A stretch of DNA of 64,000 nt from assembly GCA_016748015.1 (NCBI GenBank), contig JAAOMT010000096.1:329087-393086 (forward strand), written 5' to 3'. The DNA is from Geosiphon pyriformis uo1. Taxonomy: Eukaryota; Fungi; Glomeromycota. Position numbers and translations under genes: made by a program. How positions within the stretch are numbered: the first letter of the stretch is position 1; every line of letters begins with the position of its first letter. Of the stretch, positions 38,564 to 51,690 are shown one piece after another. The notes beneath the pieces were generated by a model. It had not been told where the DNA came from, searched no databases, and saw only the letters and a list, made by a program, of their open reading frames with translations.

Positions 38564-41500
38564 ATTAATTATATTAATTTTAATAATTATTAGTTATTTT
38601 TAGGCTTAAATCTAAAACAATTTTTTTAAAACATATTTTTTATTTTTTATTTTTAGTTTTTTTTTTATGTTATTAAATAATCTACAGTCAAAATTTCTTA
38701 TAAAAAAGTTAACTTTATAGCAAAATAATTACATATTATTTGAAAAGTTTACAAATAAAATTTTTTTGTAAAAGAGTTAACTTTTACTACAAAGTAATTG
38801 CACAAAAAAATTGGCATAAAACTGACTATTTTATTATAAGTTCAATAATATATATAGTTTAAAATATAGAAAAATACTTTGAAAAAAAATTAGATTATTA
38901 AAAGTTTACCAACTTTTATTAAATAAACAAAATTAACAGCAAATTAGTATTAACAATATTAAAAAAAGAGTAAAAAAATCTTTGGTAATATTTGGTATTC
39001 TTTCAAAAATAATACAGTAATAATTATATAAAAATAATAATTATATTTGATATAATAACTTTAAAGTATTATTAGTTAATTTATATTTACTGCAAACAAC
39101 AATTTGAAATACAAGACAAAATTATAGTTGTCAAGAAAACATTTTTTTATAAATTGAAAACTGAATCAACAATTATTTTTTCGAAGATTAAAATATTATA
39201 AAAGTTAAATAAAACTTTTTTGAAAACTTAATCTATTATTTAAATACAGAATTAAAAAATATTAGGCAGATGCTTATATTATCTATTTTCAAGAACTTAA
39301 CTATAATATTATCAAGTTTTATAAAAAAAAAATATTCTGTTAACTCATAATTTGTTCTTAAACTAGAATTTAAACCAAAAATAAACAATAAAACAAAAAC
39401 AAAAAAAACACTTAACTAATTCAAACAATATTTAACACATTAAAAATAACATTCAAATACTTGTAAATATTTAAACAAGAAACAAATATTAAATTACTAC
39501 TTTCAATCACATTTTTTTTGCTTAAACATAAACACTTAATTTATTTTTTAACTATTTTTTAAGATCAAAAAACTTTACCAAAAGTCTTATTTAACAGCCA
39601 AAATTAATTTATATTAGCACTAAACTTTTTGATTTTTTGCAAAAAATCAGAGTAAATACTTAAAAAAATTAGATAACAAAGAAAACATTTTTAACTTATT
39701 AAAAAAAACAAAGAAAAAAAACAAAGAAAAAAAAACCACAGATAATAAAAAAAAAACAATAAAAAAATAGTCATTACTTATATTACAAAAATTTCTAATT
39801 TTTTTGGAGAAAATATTAAGACCAGTTCTCAAAAATAACTTAATCAAATTATCAAAACAAGAAATATAAATAAATAAAATACAGTAAAAATGTTATAAAC
39901 AATTTTTTATTTTCTTAAAAAAACTGCAGATAAATGGTTTAAAAACTTAGCCAACTTTTTTACAGATTGACAAATCTTTAAAACTGTTTTTTTTAATAGT
40001 TTATAGACAATAATATATTAATTACTCTTAATAATTATTTTCGAAATATCAATTAAAACTATTTAAATCTTTTATAATTTATATTAAAAAATTCAACAAA
40101 CTTTTCAGAAAAATTTATTAACTAGAAACCAGTACTTATTATTTTAATACTCAAGTTTTAAATCAATTTATTACTGGTTTAAAGATTAAATTAATTAAAA
40201 AATTTTGTCTATATGTTCTAGCAAACTTAGTTTTTGTTATTTAACATATTAAAAACTACAAAATAGCAATAGAAAAAGTAAACTAAACCAAACTTGTTAA
40301 TTTTATTATTAGAAAAACCAGCTTGATAGCTGAAAAAAAAATCGACAATTCATTAAAAAAATTAAAACTTATTTTGTTAATTAACAACAAAAATATTAAC
40401 TACCATAAAAATAAAACCAAAAAAACTTTTTATTATTTAATAACAGCCAAATTTAATAGTTAAACTGTTATTATTGTAAAATTTTTGAATACTAAAAATA
40501 TAATTTCTAAAAGATGCAAAGATACCAACAAAAACAAAATAATTAATATTATTCTTTTTAGCAATAGCAATCATATAATTTACTATTATTTATATATTAT
40601 TTATTAAAACTTCAATCTACTTATTATTAACTTGCTTTATAATAATTATAACAATACTATCAATTATCTTTAATTCAAAATTATTAATTATTAGCATAAA
40701 GATTAGTTTAATTTAATTAATTTATACTATACAATTACTTTCAAATTAACAATAGCAGAATTAGTTTTAATAATTAACAACCATTTAAATACTTTTATAT
40801 TTAACCCAATTATTTTATAATATCAAAAAACCAGAATTTTTACCATATTGTATTCTCAAAAAATAGAATTATAGCACAACAGCAAAACTTTTTCTCTAAC
40901 AATATTACAATTTTATTAGCAAAAATAACCGAAAATACAAATATTTTAAACATCTTTTTATTTGAATTTAAAACAAATAAATTATTTTTTGTATTTAACA
41001 ATATAGTTGTTTCTAAACAAAAAGCAATTACAGCAATATATACTAAAACTAAAATAAAAAAAAATAAATTTACTAATTTTAGATAATAAATTTACTCAAA
41101 ATATTATTATCTATTAATTGATACAAAAATTAAAATAAACTATTGACAGACTTATCTAAACAATAATTATTATTGCCAATAATATAAAAAAAACTCTTGT
41201 AAAAAAATTAACAATTTTTTTTTTACTATTAATAAAATTACTATTCTGATTAAAGTTCTTATAATAGATGTATTCCAGTATTAAGCTCTTATTAAAAACA
41301 ATTGATTTCTTAAGACCAATACAAATTTAAATTAAGAAACTCAAAAATTAAAAATTTTGTATTAAAAACAATACTGCTATTTGTAATATTTTTAATAAAC
41401 AATTTAAAAAAGCCCTAGTTTTTGAATTTAAAGAAAAAAAAACCCCCAATTACAGAAATTTATATAATACTTAACTTTTGGTTTAATTAAACTAAAAAAA

Positions 41501-44500
41501 CAGAACAATAACTAATCAAAATTACCAAATTATAATTAATATTAAACAATAAACAATAAACAAAATAATAGCTAATATGTTTTTTATTTAAAATTTCAAC
41601 TAAAAAAACAGCCAGCTTATATTTTATTTAAATACAAAAATTATAATAAAAAGCTTTTATTTATGAAAGCTTGTATTTTATTTAAAGAAAAATATAAAAT
41701 TAATATCTGTTATTATTATAAATCCTACTATTAAAAACAATATAGCAGTTCTAAATAAAATAAAAAATAAGACAATATATTTTATCTTATATATAAAAAA
41801 TTATTATTAAAAAATACAATTAAATTAATATTATAATAAAAAAAGGAGTCTGTAATCAAATCTGTTAATATACTCTTTTTATTTTTAAAAAAATAAAATA
41901 TACTATAAAATTAGCAAAATTTGATTATAAAAATAAAGTAGAGTTTTACTACTTATCTTTTAACTATGTTTATCTCTCCAAAAAAATCCAAATCCAATAA
42001 TTAAAATAAATAAACATTCAATTTTGCAAAAAATATATTATGTTTTGTAATAACCAATAATGTTCTAAATATTATGTTTTTAGTATATTATTATTAGTTA
42101 AAAACAATCAAAATAAAATTAAATTAAATTTGAACCACCAAAAATACAGTCAAAAATCTCAACAATTCTAATTTATCTTACTAAAATTCAATTTGCTATA
42201 CAATTCAAATATTTTGACAATAATAAACAAAAAATCAAGCCAAAAAAAGCTCACAAAATTGATATAAAATATGATTTATAATATTCAAAAAAAAATTTGG
42301 TTTTGTAATTAAAATCTTGAACAAAAATTAATTTTAAAATTGTTTTTGAAATTTTATCAAGAGCAATAGTACAAATTGCTTCTTAATTATTATTGGTAGC
42401 AAAGAAATTAAAAAATTATTAATATAAGATATATTAAAAATATTACAGTAATGCTCTAAAACAAAACTAAAAATTCATTCAAAAATAAACATGTTAAAAA
42501 GATTGCACAAGCTATTTATTTATTTTTAATTAATATTTTAGGTCTGCAATTAATTAAAAATCAAGAAAAACTTGACAAAAGCAAAAAAAATTCAAGATTT
42601 TGGATTAACTAGATAATTTACAGTTTTAGTAAATATAGCTTTCAATATATAAAATAAATTTTACCAAATTTTTAGACTATTTAAAACAATTATTATTCTA
42701 CTTTTTAAAAAATTTTGTGAAGTATATATTTGTTTAATACTTATTACTACTTAACAAATTTTTGAATCTAATAAACAAATTTACAAAAAATATAGAATTT
42801 TAATTCCAAATATTTATTTGTTTAAAAAAATCTAAAAATTTAATGTTATTTTCTATTATTCCAACAATTGTTCTATTATATTAAATAATTATTTAGAAAT
42901 TAGAATATCTACAATAATATTTTTAAGCAGAGTTATTACAAAAAATTATGAATTTCACAAAAATAATTAGATACTTTTATTCAAAATTTAATTTAATTCA
43001 TATTATTAAAAATTATTATGTTGTTATTAAAAAATTATTTTGAATCAACATAAAACAATTAAAATTATAGCAACAAAAACAACTTAAATAGTTAATTGTA
43101 AAATATGCTAATATATTTGCTAAAAATAACAATAATCTTGAAAAAATTGATTTGGTTCAACAGCAAATCTATACTAAAGATACAAAACCAAAAAGACAAC
43201 AAGTTTATTAAGTTTTACCTAAAAACCACTAATTTATTAAAAAAAAATATAATAAATGCTTAACAATAAACTCGTCTAATTATTAATAAGTTTTATTAAT
43301 AGTTTTTATTAAAATAAAAAAATTTATTTTTGTGTTAATTATTACCAACTAAATAGTATTATTATTAAAAATATTTACTTTTTATTACAAATTAATAACA
43401 TGTTAAATGCTCTTAATAAATCTAAATATTTTTTAACATTAAATCTGGAAAGTAAATATTAGCAAGTTGTTATAAATTCTAAAAATCGCCCAAAAATAGC
43501 TTTTATCATCCAAAAAAAAATAATGAATTTAATATAATGTCTTTTAAATTATATAATATATTAGCAATATTTTAACAACTTATAAATATTGTCTATACTG
43601 AATTTTTTTAAAAGTTAATAATTGTCTATTTTAATAATACTAAGATTTACTTATTATTATTTAAAACATATTTAATTTATTTGCAAGAAATTTTTCAATG
43701 ATTACAAAAAACAGAATTAAAACTAAACATTAAAAATATTATTTCAGAAAAACCAGCTTGGCTTTTTTTGGTTATATTGTTAATAAAGAAAAAGTTAAAT
43801 CTAATTCAAAAAAAATCAATGTTGTTAAAAACTTTAAAGTTTTAAAAAACACTACAAAATAAAAAAAAATTTACTAAATTAATATTTTACTACTAAAAAT
43901 TTAGCAAAAAATTTTCTGAAATTATTAAACTATTTAATTACTTAATCAATAAAAATATTAAATACAAATAGATAATAAAACAACAAAAAGCTTTTGATAT
44001 TGTTAAAAAAAAACTTATAACAATTTTAATTTTTGTTTATTTTAACTTTAGTAAAAAATTTCAACTGGTTACAGATGTTTTGTATATAGCTTTTGGTACT
44101 ATCTTATTTCAATTAGATGATAATAGCAATAAATAAATAATTACTTATATTAGCAAAATATTAAAGTTACCAGAAAAAATTTATCTTGTTATTAAGTTAA
44201 AAACCACAACAGTAATTTAGGCTTTTTACTATTTAATCTATATTTTAAACTTAAAAAATTTGATATTATTATTGATAATATTAAATTTAAATAATTCTAT
44301 AACAAAAATTTAAAATTAAATACCAAATAAATCTAATAGACTAAATTTTTTACAAATTATTAATATATTATATACTACAAATCAGGAAAATTACACACAA
44401 ATTTTAATTGTTTTTTTAAAATAAAACAAAATTAAACCCAAAAACCAACCAATTTAATAATAATAATTAACAAAACAAACAATAATAAATCCCAAAAATT

Positions 44501-47500
44501 ACAACAATTTTAAACAATATTTAAAAACATTTATAATACTAAAAACTTAGTTTCTAAATAAAAACCATTGATTACAATACTAAGCAAACAATATTTTATA
44601 TACAATAATATTATTTATTATTAAAATTACAAAAATTTAAACAATTTATTCAAAATAATCCAAAAAACATAAAAAGAAAACAATTTTATATAATATATAT
44701 TTGAACAATTTAAAAAACACTATAATATTATTTTTGGTTTTAAATAAAAAAATATTTACTAATATATTGAATTTTATAATAATTGTCAAAAAAAAACACA
44801 CTTTATAGAACTCTTAAATCCAATTAAAGTTAAATAACTTTTTAATTAAGTTGGTATTAATTTAGTCAGATTACTACTTATTACAATTTAAAAAAATTAA
44901 TATATTGTATTTATAATAGATTATTTAACAAAATAACCAAAAACAAAAACAATTTAATAAATAAATACAAAATTAATAACAAATTTCATATAAAAAAACA
45001 TTATTTGTAGACATAAATACTGAATTAAACTTTTATCTAATTAAAAAACACATTTTGTGAACAATCTAATACAAAAAATTTGTGAATAATAATATTAAAA
45101 AACTTTTATCTTTGCTTTACTATTTATAAATAAATAGTTTTATAAAATATTTTAACAAAACACTTTGTAAATTATTAGCCAAAGTTTTAACTAATTTTAA
45201 GCAAAAATATAATTTTTTTATTTTATTAGTGTTATTAGTATATAAAACATTAAAACAGAATATAATAAAACACATATTATTTAACCTAATTTATATAAAA
45301 ATAGCAATATTACCATTAATTTTACAATAAAATTTTATCCAGTTTAAACAACCACAAAAAACAACTTTTAATAAACATTACAAAAAAAAACTTATATACT
45401 TCTTAGTACATTAAAAAAAAAATAATAAATTGTAATTATTTACATAAAATACTCTCAAGCTTAATAAAAAAACAGCATAATAACAAATTACTAGTTACTA
45501 ACAAATTTAAAATTAAAAATAAAGTTTTTTTTACATAAAATTAAGGTTAAAAAGCAATAAAATAAAAAATTTAATTATAAATAAGACAAATTATTTTATA
45601 TAAAATTTTAAAAAATAGATTATATAAGTTAAAACTTAATAATAAAATTTTGGAAAAAATTAAACATAGTAACAGACTTAAAAATTACTATTTTAGAACC
45701 AATTTCGAATCTTTAATTTTACAAATTAATACACAATTCTCTTTAGTTAACTTTAAAAATATTTTCTAAAACTTAAAACCAATAATTATTATTAAATAAT
45801 TTCCAAACTTGAACATTTAATAATTAAAATTATTTTATATTATTTGTATATTAGTAAAAACAATTTTACAAAAACAATTAAAAATTATATAAAAAAGCAA
45901 ACCAAAAATAATTTTCTTTTATATTTTCAATTAATTATTATGACTATTTTTCAAACCATTTAACAATTTTCTTAAAAATTAATAATAGTCTTAAAAATAC
46001 TGTTTGATTTATTTATAACTATTACTAAAAAACATATTAATTATACTCAAACAAAATTTGCTACAATATTAATAACAAAATTACAAAATTATTACTCTTA
46101 TAAAAAAACACAAAAAGTTATTTTGAAATTTACTTATCAGAGCTTTTAAAACAAGCTTTAAGAGAAAATTTAATATTTATTTCTATTAATATTCTATTAA
46201 ATATCACAATTTAACAATAACTTTAACAGTATTTTAATAAAAACAACAATAAAAACTCTTTAATTTGTAGATACTTTTATATTAGAAAAACATTTTATAA
46301 AAGAAAACTAAAGCTAAAAACAATAAATTTTATTCTTAAAACTATTCAAAAACAAATCTACAATAAATTAAGACAACAACTGGCTTAACAAATACTTATT
46401 ACAAATTTAAAACAGCTTTTAAATTTTATAAACTATTTTATACTTGTAAAAATATTCTATAATACTTAATTTTACAATCTTTTAAAAATTTAATTTATTA
46501 AAAAACTTAAAAAATTAAAATTTTAACAATTTTTAAACCAAATTTTTTTAATAATTTTGAATTATTATCTAAAAATTACAGACAGTACTTAAACTTTGAC
46601 AGAACTCAGTCTTAAAAAAAAGATTATATTATTAGCAAAAATTTGAGATATTATTTAATATAAAATTATTTTTATAATTCTTATTATTAATTAGCATATA
46701 TTATTATTTTAATATTATTTTTTAAATTAACCAAATTATTATTGATTAATAATTTAATTTATACAGAACACAAATATAATCAAATTGTATTGATTAGATT
46801 ATATAATATACTGAATCATATAATATTCAAAATTTACCAAAATATTTAAAAATTTGATAAAATATTTAACAATTCACTAAAATAATTTATAATTTACAGA
46901 AATAACTTGTAATTTAATAAAATGTATTTTTAGTTTATTGAAATATCAAAAAAAAAAATGTTTGACTACAAAATAATATTACAATAAGTTAAATAAAAGA
47001 AGAGCTTTTTTTTTAAGAAAATGTATTTTGGTTTACAATATTTTTCTTAGAATTATAGCTTAAAATATCTTACTTAATAATTAATTACTACAAATTGTTT
47101 TAATAAAATTATATTAAATTCTTATTTATTACTACTTAAAATTATTTATTTAAAACTAATATTTAAAATTAATTAACTATTAATTTTAATAACTGTTAAT
47201 AACTTTTAGGCTTAGATCTAAAATAATTTTCTTAACACATATTTTTTATTTTTTATTTTTAGTTATTTTTTTTATTTTTTATTTTTTTTTATATTATTGA
47301 ATAGCTATAGTCAAGATTTTTTGTAGAAAAGTTAACTTTTACAGCAAAATAATTACATATTATTTAAAAAGTTTACAAACAAAATTTTCTTATAAAAAAG
47401 TTAATTTTTATTGCAAAATAATGACATAAGTAATTGGTACAAAATTGGTTATTTTATTATAAACCTAATACATATATAATCCAAAGTATAAAAAGATATT

Positions 47501-47612
47501 TTAAAAGAAAAACTAACTTATTAGAGATTTATTAGCTTTTATTAAAAGCTGAATTAATAATAAAATAACATTAATAATATTAAAAAAAAGGTAAAAAAAA
47601 TCTCTAATAATA
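38564..47612 (+). mobile_element. Hypermutated Ty3/Gypsy relic: partial 5' LTR (38564-38990), gag-PR-dUTPase-RT-RH-INT, extra 3' region, 3' LTR (46627-47612)
   Basis: PBS-like TTTGGTATTC after the LTR. Remnants in order: gag FLKKTADKWFKNL and CYYC knuckle; PR LILDNK; dUTPase (about 42235-42612); RT YFLTLNLESKY*QV and VYFNN; RH LVTDV..FGTIL; INT LFN*VGINL. Purine tract before the 3' LTR. Confidence 0.85.
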
Positions 47613-47740
47613 GTGTAAATTAATTAATAATACCTTTTTTTTTATTGCTTAATAAATAAGATCCAAACATTACTTAGTACAATATATCAACCAAATAATC
47701 TTAACTAGGTGTAAATCATGTATTTTTCACATGTAACCAG

Positions 47741-48712
47741 TGTTACCAGTAGAATTTAGTTATTAATTAGCATGAAATTATCTTTATAATTCCTATTATT
47801 AATTAGCATACATTATTATTTATTTTAATTATTACTTATTATTTAATCAAATTATCAAATATCATTACTCAATCAATAATCCAATTTGTACTCTAGAAAT
47901 TAAGATGATCAAATTACACAATACTCTAAATTATTTAACATAGTTAAAATTCGCCGAAATTAATAGAAATTGGCCGAAATAATCAATAGTTTAGTGAAAT
48001 AACTTGTAGTTTACTGAAATATATCTTTAGTTCACCCAAATTATAGCAAAGAGAAAAGTGCAAGTTTAAAGACTAGTACTACAACAAGTTGTATAAAAGA
48101 AAAGTTTCTCTCTTCAAGAAAATGTATCTTTTCATAGTATCTTATTATAGCATCTTACTTTAGATATTTTAATTAAAACAAATCATCTTTTATACATTCA
48201 AATAAAAATTAAATATTTGAAAAACAAATCCTTAAAATTATTACACTTGAAATTTTCTTAACTTAACTAACATTTTAAAATTGATTAGCTACTAATTTCA
48301 GTAATCTGTTAGTAACTCCAGGCCTGGATAAAAAACATTTCCTTTGACACAATTTTATTTTTTTTATATTTTTTTTATTTTTATTTTTTTTTCTTATTAT
48401 AATTATTAAGGTAGCCTATAGACAAAATTCCTGTAGAAGAGTTGACTTTTACAGCAAAGTAACTACACATTTTTAGTGAGCTTCCAAATGAGCAATTCCT
48501 GGGAAAGAGTTGACATTTACTACAATGTAACTACACAAAGTAACTGGCACAGAATTGGCTATTCCACTTATAAGCCCAGCAGTTCAAATTATAGAAAATA
48601 ATTTGAAGATAAATTTAGTTACTGGAGGTCTAACTACTTTCTGAGAATGTAAATTCACAGCAAATCAACATTAACAACATTCAAAAAAAGAGACCAAAAA
48701 CCTCTGGTAACA
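47741..48712 (+). mobile_element. Solo LTR inserted in the 3' UTR of LINE E
   Basis: TGTTACCAG...CTGGTAACA with a perfect 4-bp TSD CCAG (47737-47740 and 48713-48716). Homologous to the LTRs of the 38564-47612 relic. Confidence 0.93.
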
Positions 48713-49347
48713 CCAGCCATTTAGGCTAATTAGGACAACACTAATTATTTATATGAACTAAAACCACCCAATCTAAACCCAAAAAAAACTTATAAGATTT
48801 ATGAAAACCAAAATTAACTCCTAAAGCATCAGCAATACTCAACAATTTAATTACACCAGCAGAAAGAACCGAAAAAAGCCCAGATACTAAGACTGGAATA
48901 AACTTATTATGTGAAATTAGACTATTCTTTTCCATAAAAACCCAGTGTTTAATATAGACCAATCAAACCTCTACTCTAAATACAAGACAAAACTTGCACA
49001 CAAAGTCTGCAATCTTCTGACTTGTAATTTTGGAATCTCTGAAAACAAAAAGAGATTCTTAATACCAATCATTAAAAACAATATCCTTGCACAAAGCCAC
49101 ATATACAGCAATATTAAAAGAGCAGGAACCCAAATACTGTGAAACACATGAAGACAAACAAAACAGACCAGAAAGTATCTTCTATTCAGCCACATAGGCA
49201 TCCAGCAACTATGCACAAGCACCAAAATCAGATGAATAAGAAAAAGTGTGGTCAAAGATTTCAATATCTCCACAAAACAAACACAACACACTTGGATAAC
49301 TATTGATATACAAATACTTATGTACAATGACAAAGAGCTAATAGTAT

Positions 49348-50084
49348 TGTTACAGTTGAGACCTATACTTCTTATTAATTATCACATGTATTAGCCACTA
49401 ATGTTATATGATTAGCCACACTATTTTTAGAAAGTGATCATTGACCTGATCAATGATCTGACTGTTGACCTAACCATTGACCTGATCATTGATCTGATCA
49501 ATGCCTTGATTATTGACCTGATTATTGACCTAATCATTGACTTAATTATTAACCACTTTTGACAGCTATATAAGTAATGAATCTCTTAGCTGTAGAAAAG
49601 CATGTAATAACAAGCATCTGAATAATCAAGAATAAATAAAATAACAACTTTCATCTCAATCCTTTTCTTATCGCTAATTTTCCTTTCTCTACCTTCAAGT
49701 ATCTGAACATCTTAAAGATAAAAGATTACTTGTTGGTCTTTTTCTAACGTATATAATTGTAGCATTTAAAGATTATTTGAATAAACATGACTGAAAAACA
49801 CAAGTTGATATCTGATATTGAATTCTAAGAGCGCCAATATGAGGCATAGAATTATACCAGTGGTGATCAATTGTTGACAGTATGGACTATTCCTCTATCT
49901 TTAGATTCCCCAGTTACCTTTAAAAAGAATAGCAACTGAGATATTTTATGAGACTAATCTCATACATTGAATTCATACTCATTCAATTCACTCTTTAAAG
50001 TTGAAATTCCCTTTGATTATTTCCATCACCCTACAATCCTGTTCTCCTTTGCTATCCATTAGCTTGTTACTCCAACCCATAACA
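49348..50084 (+). repeat. 5' LTR (737 bp) with ten 12-bp TGATCATTGACC-type units
   Basis: Direct repeat of 56416-57091. TATATAA and AATAAA lie downstream of the array. Confidence 0.95.
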
Positions 50085-50090
50085 TAAAAG

Positions 50091-50107
50091 TGGTGCTGCC
50101 TGTGAGG
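50091..50107 (+). promoter_or_regulatory. Primer binding site TGGTGCTGCCTGTGAGG
   Basis: 6 nt after the LTR end; begins TGG, the complement of tRNA CCA. The shape resembles the 3' end of an elongator tRNA-Met or tRNA-Ile; identity unverified. Confidence 0.75.
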
Positions 50108-50136
50108 TTGTCAAAATTCACTTATTTCCTTATTGT

Positions 50137-51690
50137 ATGGGTGATTATTTATACTTGTCACAGCAATCAGAAAAACACTTTGTAGCACACAACAAAAACG
50201 ATCTAGACTTTATTGAACTCAACCCTTTGCCCTCTTGATTGATTTGCTTTCCCATTGAAAAACAATCCAGCAGACAATTCCAAGACTTTTGGAACTGGTT
50301 TTTGAATAAGCATTCAGCTGAAACCTATACAGCTTATACAATCTATTACTTTAACCAAGCTTATTTTGAAGATGACTTTGAAAAAAGAAACAACTGTATC
50401 AATCAGCTTTTATATTCTGCAACCTTTGAACAACAGCCCCCTAATTTCGAATATCTGAATTACCAAATCCATATTTGGATTGCTGTTTACTAACTAGTTG
50501 AAAACCCCTTTGAAACAGAAGAAAAAAGTTACCAAACTGCTCCTATTTTTGATATTTTCTCAAGTGAATCAGAGCACTCCACACAAACAGTAACTCCTGA
50601 ACCAATGGCCCAAGATTCAATACAAGCAAACATCCTGGCTGCCCTCCAAGGTATACAAACTGCCTTGGGGTAAAGAAACAACACTCTACTACCATTATTC
50701 AGAGGCGATGTACAAGATCTAATTAAATGGTTGGATGACTTTAAAAGAGCTGTTACAGCCAACCAATATGATGATAAGTACAAGTTTTAAATTGTTGGTG
50801 GCTACCTCCAAGGCTCTCCTGCTACCTGGTTCTCACAGGAAATTAATGCTAATGCCCATCAAAGAATTATTAGATGAATGCCAGCAAATGTCAGAAAAAA
50901 CAACACTTCTTTCACAACCTGGTTTGAAAACAAGTTCAGAACCCCAATCTTAATATTCAAGTGGCGCATGGAATTAAAATGAAGAACTCAAGGCCCTGGT
51001 GAAATTGTAACTGAATATGCTAAAGCAATCAGAAAGTTAATCAAGCATGTAGACTCTGGAAAAAATTGGACAGAAGAGCAAAAGATTCATTCCTTTACAA
51101 AAGGATTGAGAACTGATTTATCTTATGCTCTTTGGTCTCTCTTGGTCCTGAAAAACAATCCTACAATAGACATGGCCATTAAACTTGCCCAATAAATTGA
51201 AGACAACCAAAAAATACATTTGGGATCTACACTTCCAGTTTTTGCTCTTGCTCCTGTCATAGCTCTTGCTCCTCAAATGGCTGCTGCCTCTTTTGCTGCC
51301 CAAACTCAAGATCTAAATGAACAATTAATTGATAAACTCACAGCCAATCTTGCCTGGTTTTTAGAACCTTTGGCACAAGCAGTTAGAGATAACCAACAAT
51401 CACAAAGACCCAGATATGAACCACGTTTTAATCAGCCCTAGCAATCTCCTTATTAAAGACAGCAAAATCATGGTCCTCCCATATGTTATAGATGTGGATT
51501 AACTGGATATTTCTCAAAAGATTGCAACAATTCTCCTTTACCTCCTCCAGTTCCCAGAAATAATGACAATTAAAACAATAGACTCATCAACAATAATGCT
51601 CCCAATCAAAGACCCAACTATGCCAACATCAATTTCTTTGGAGAGGATTCTCTAGTTGAAGCCACTGTTTATCAGTCTTTAAACTGGTAG
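50137..51690 (+). pseudogene. gag: Gypsy gag with long N-terminal extension and CCHC knuckle
   Basis: One frame from ATG 50137: FRGDVQDLIKWLDDF, QGPGEIVTEY, CYRCGLTGYFSKDC. Several nonsense codons; ends at TAG 51688-51690. Confidence 0.85.

Noticed and set aside
38283-47616. TSD for the Gypsy relic after undoing the inversion
   Set aside because: The reconstructed flanks GCAA and GTGT do not match, so it is unproven that both LTRs come from one insertion.
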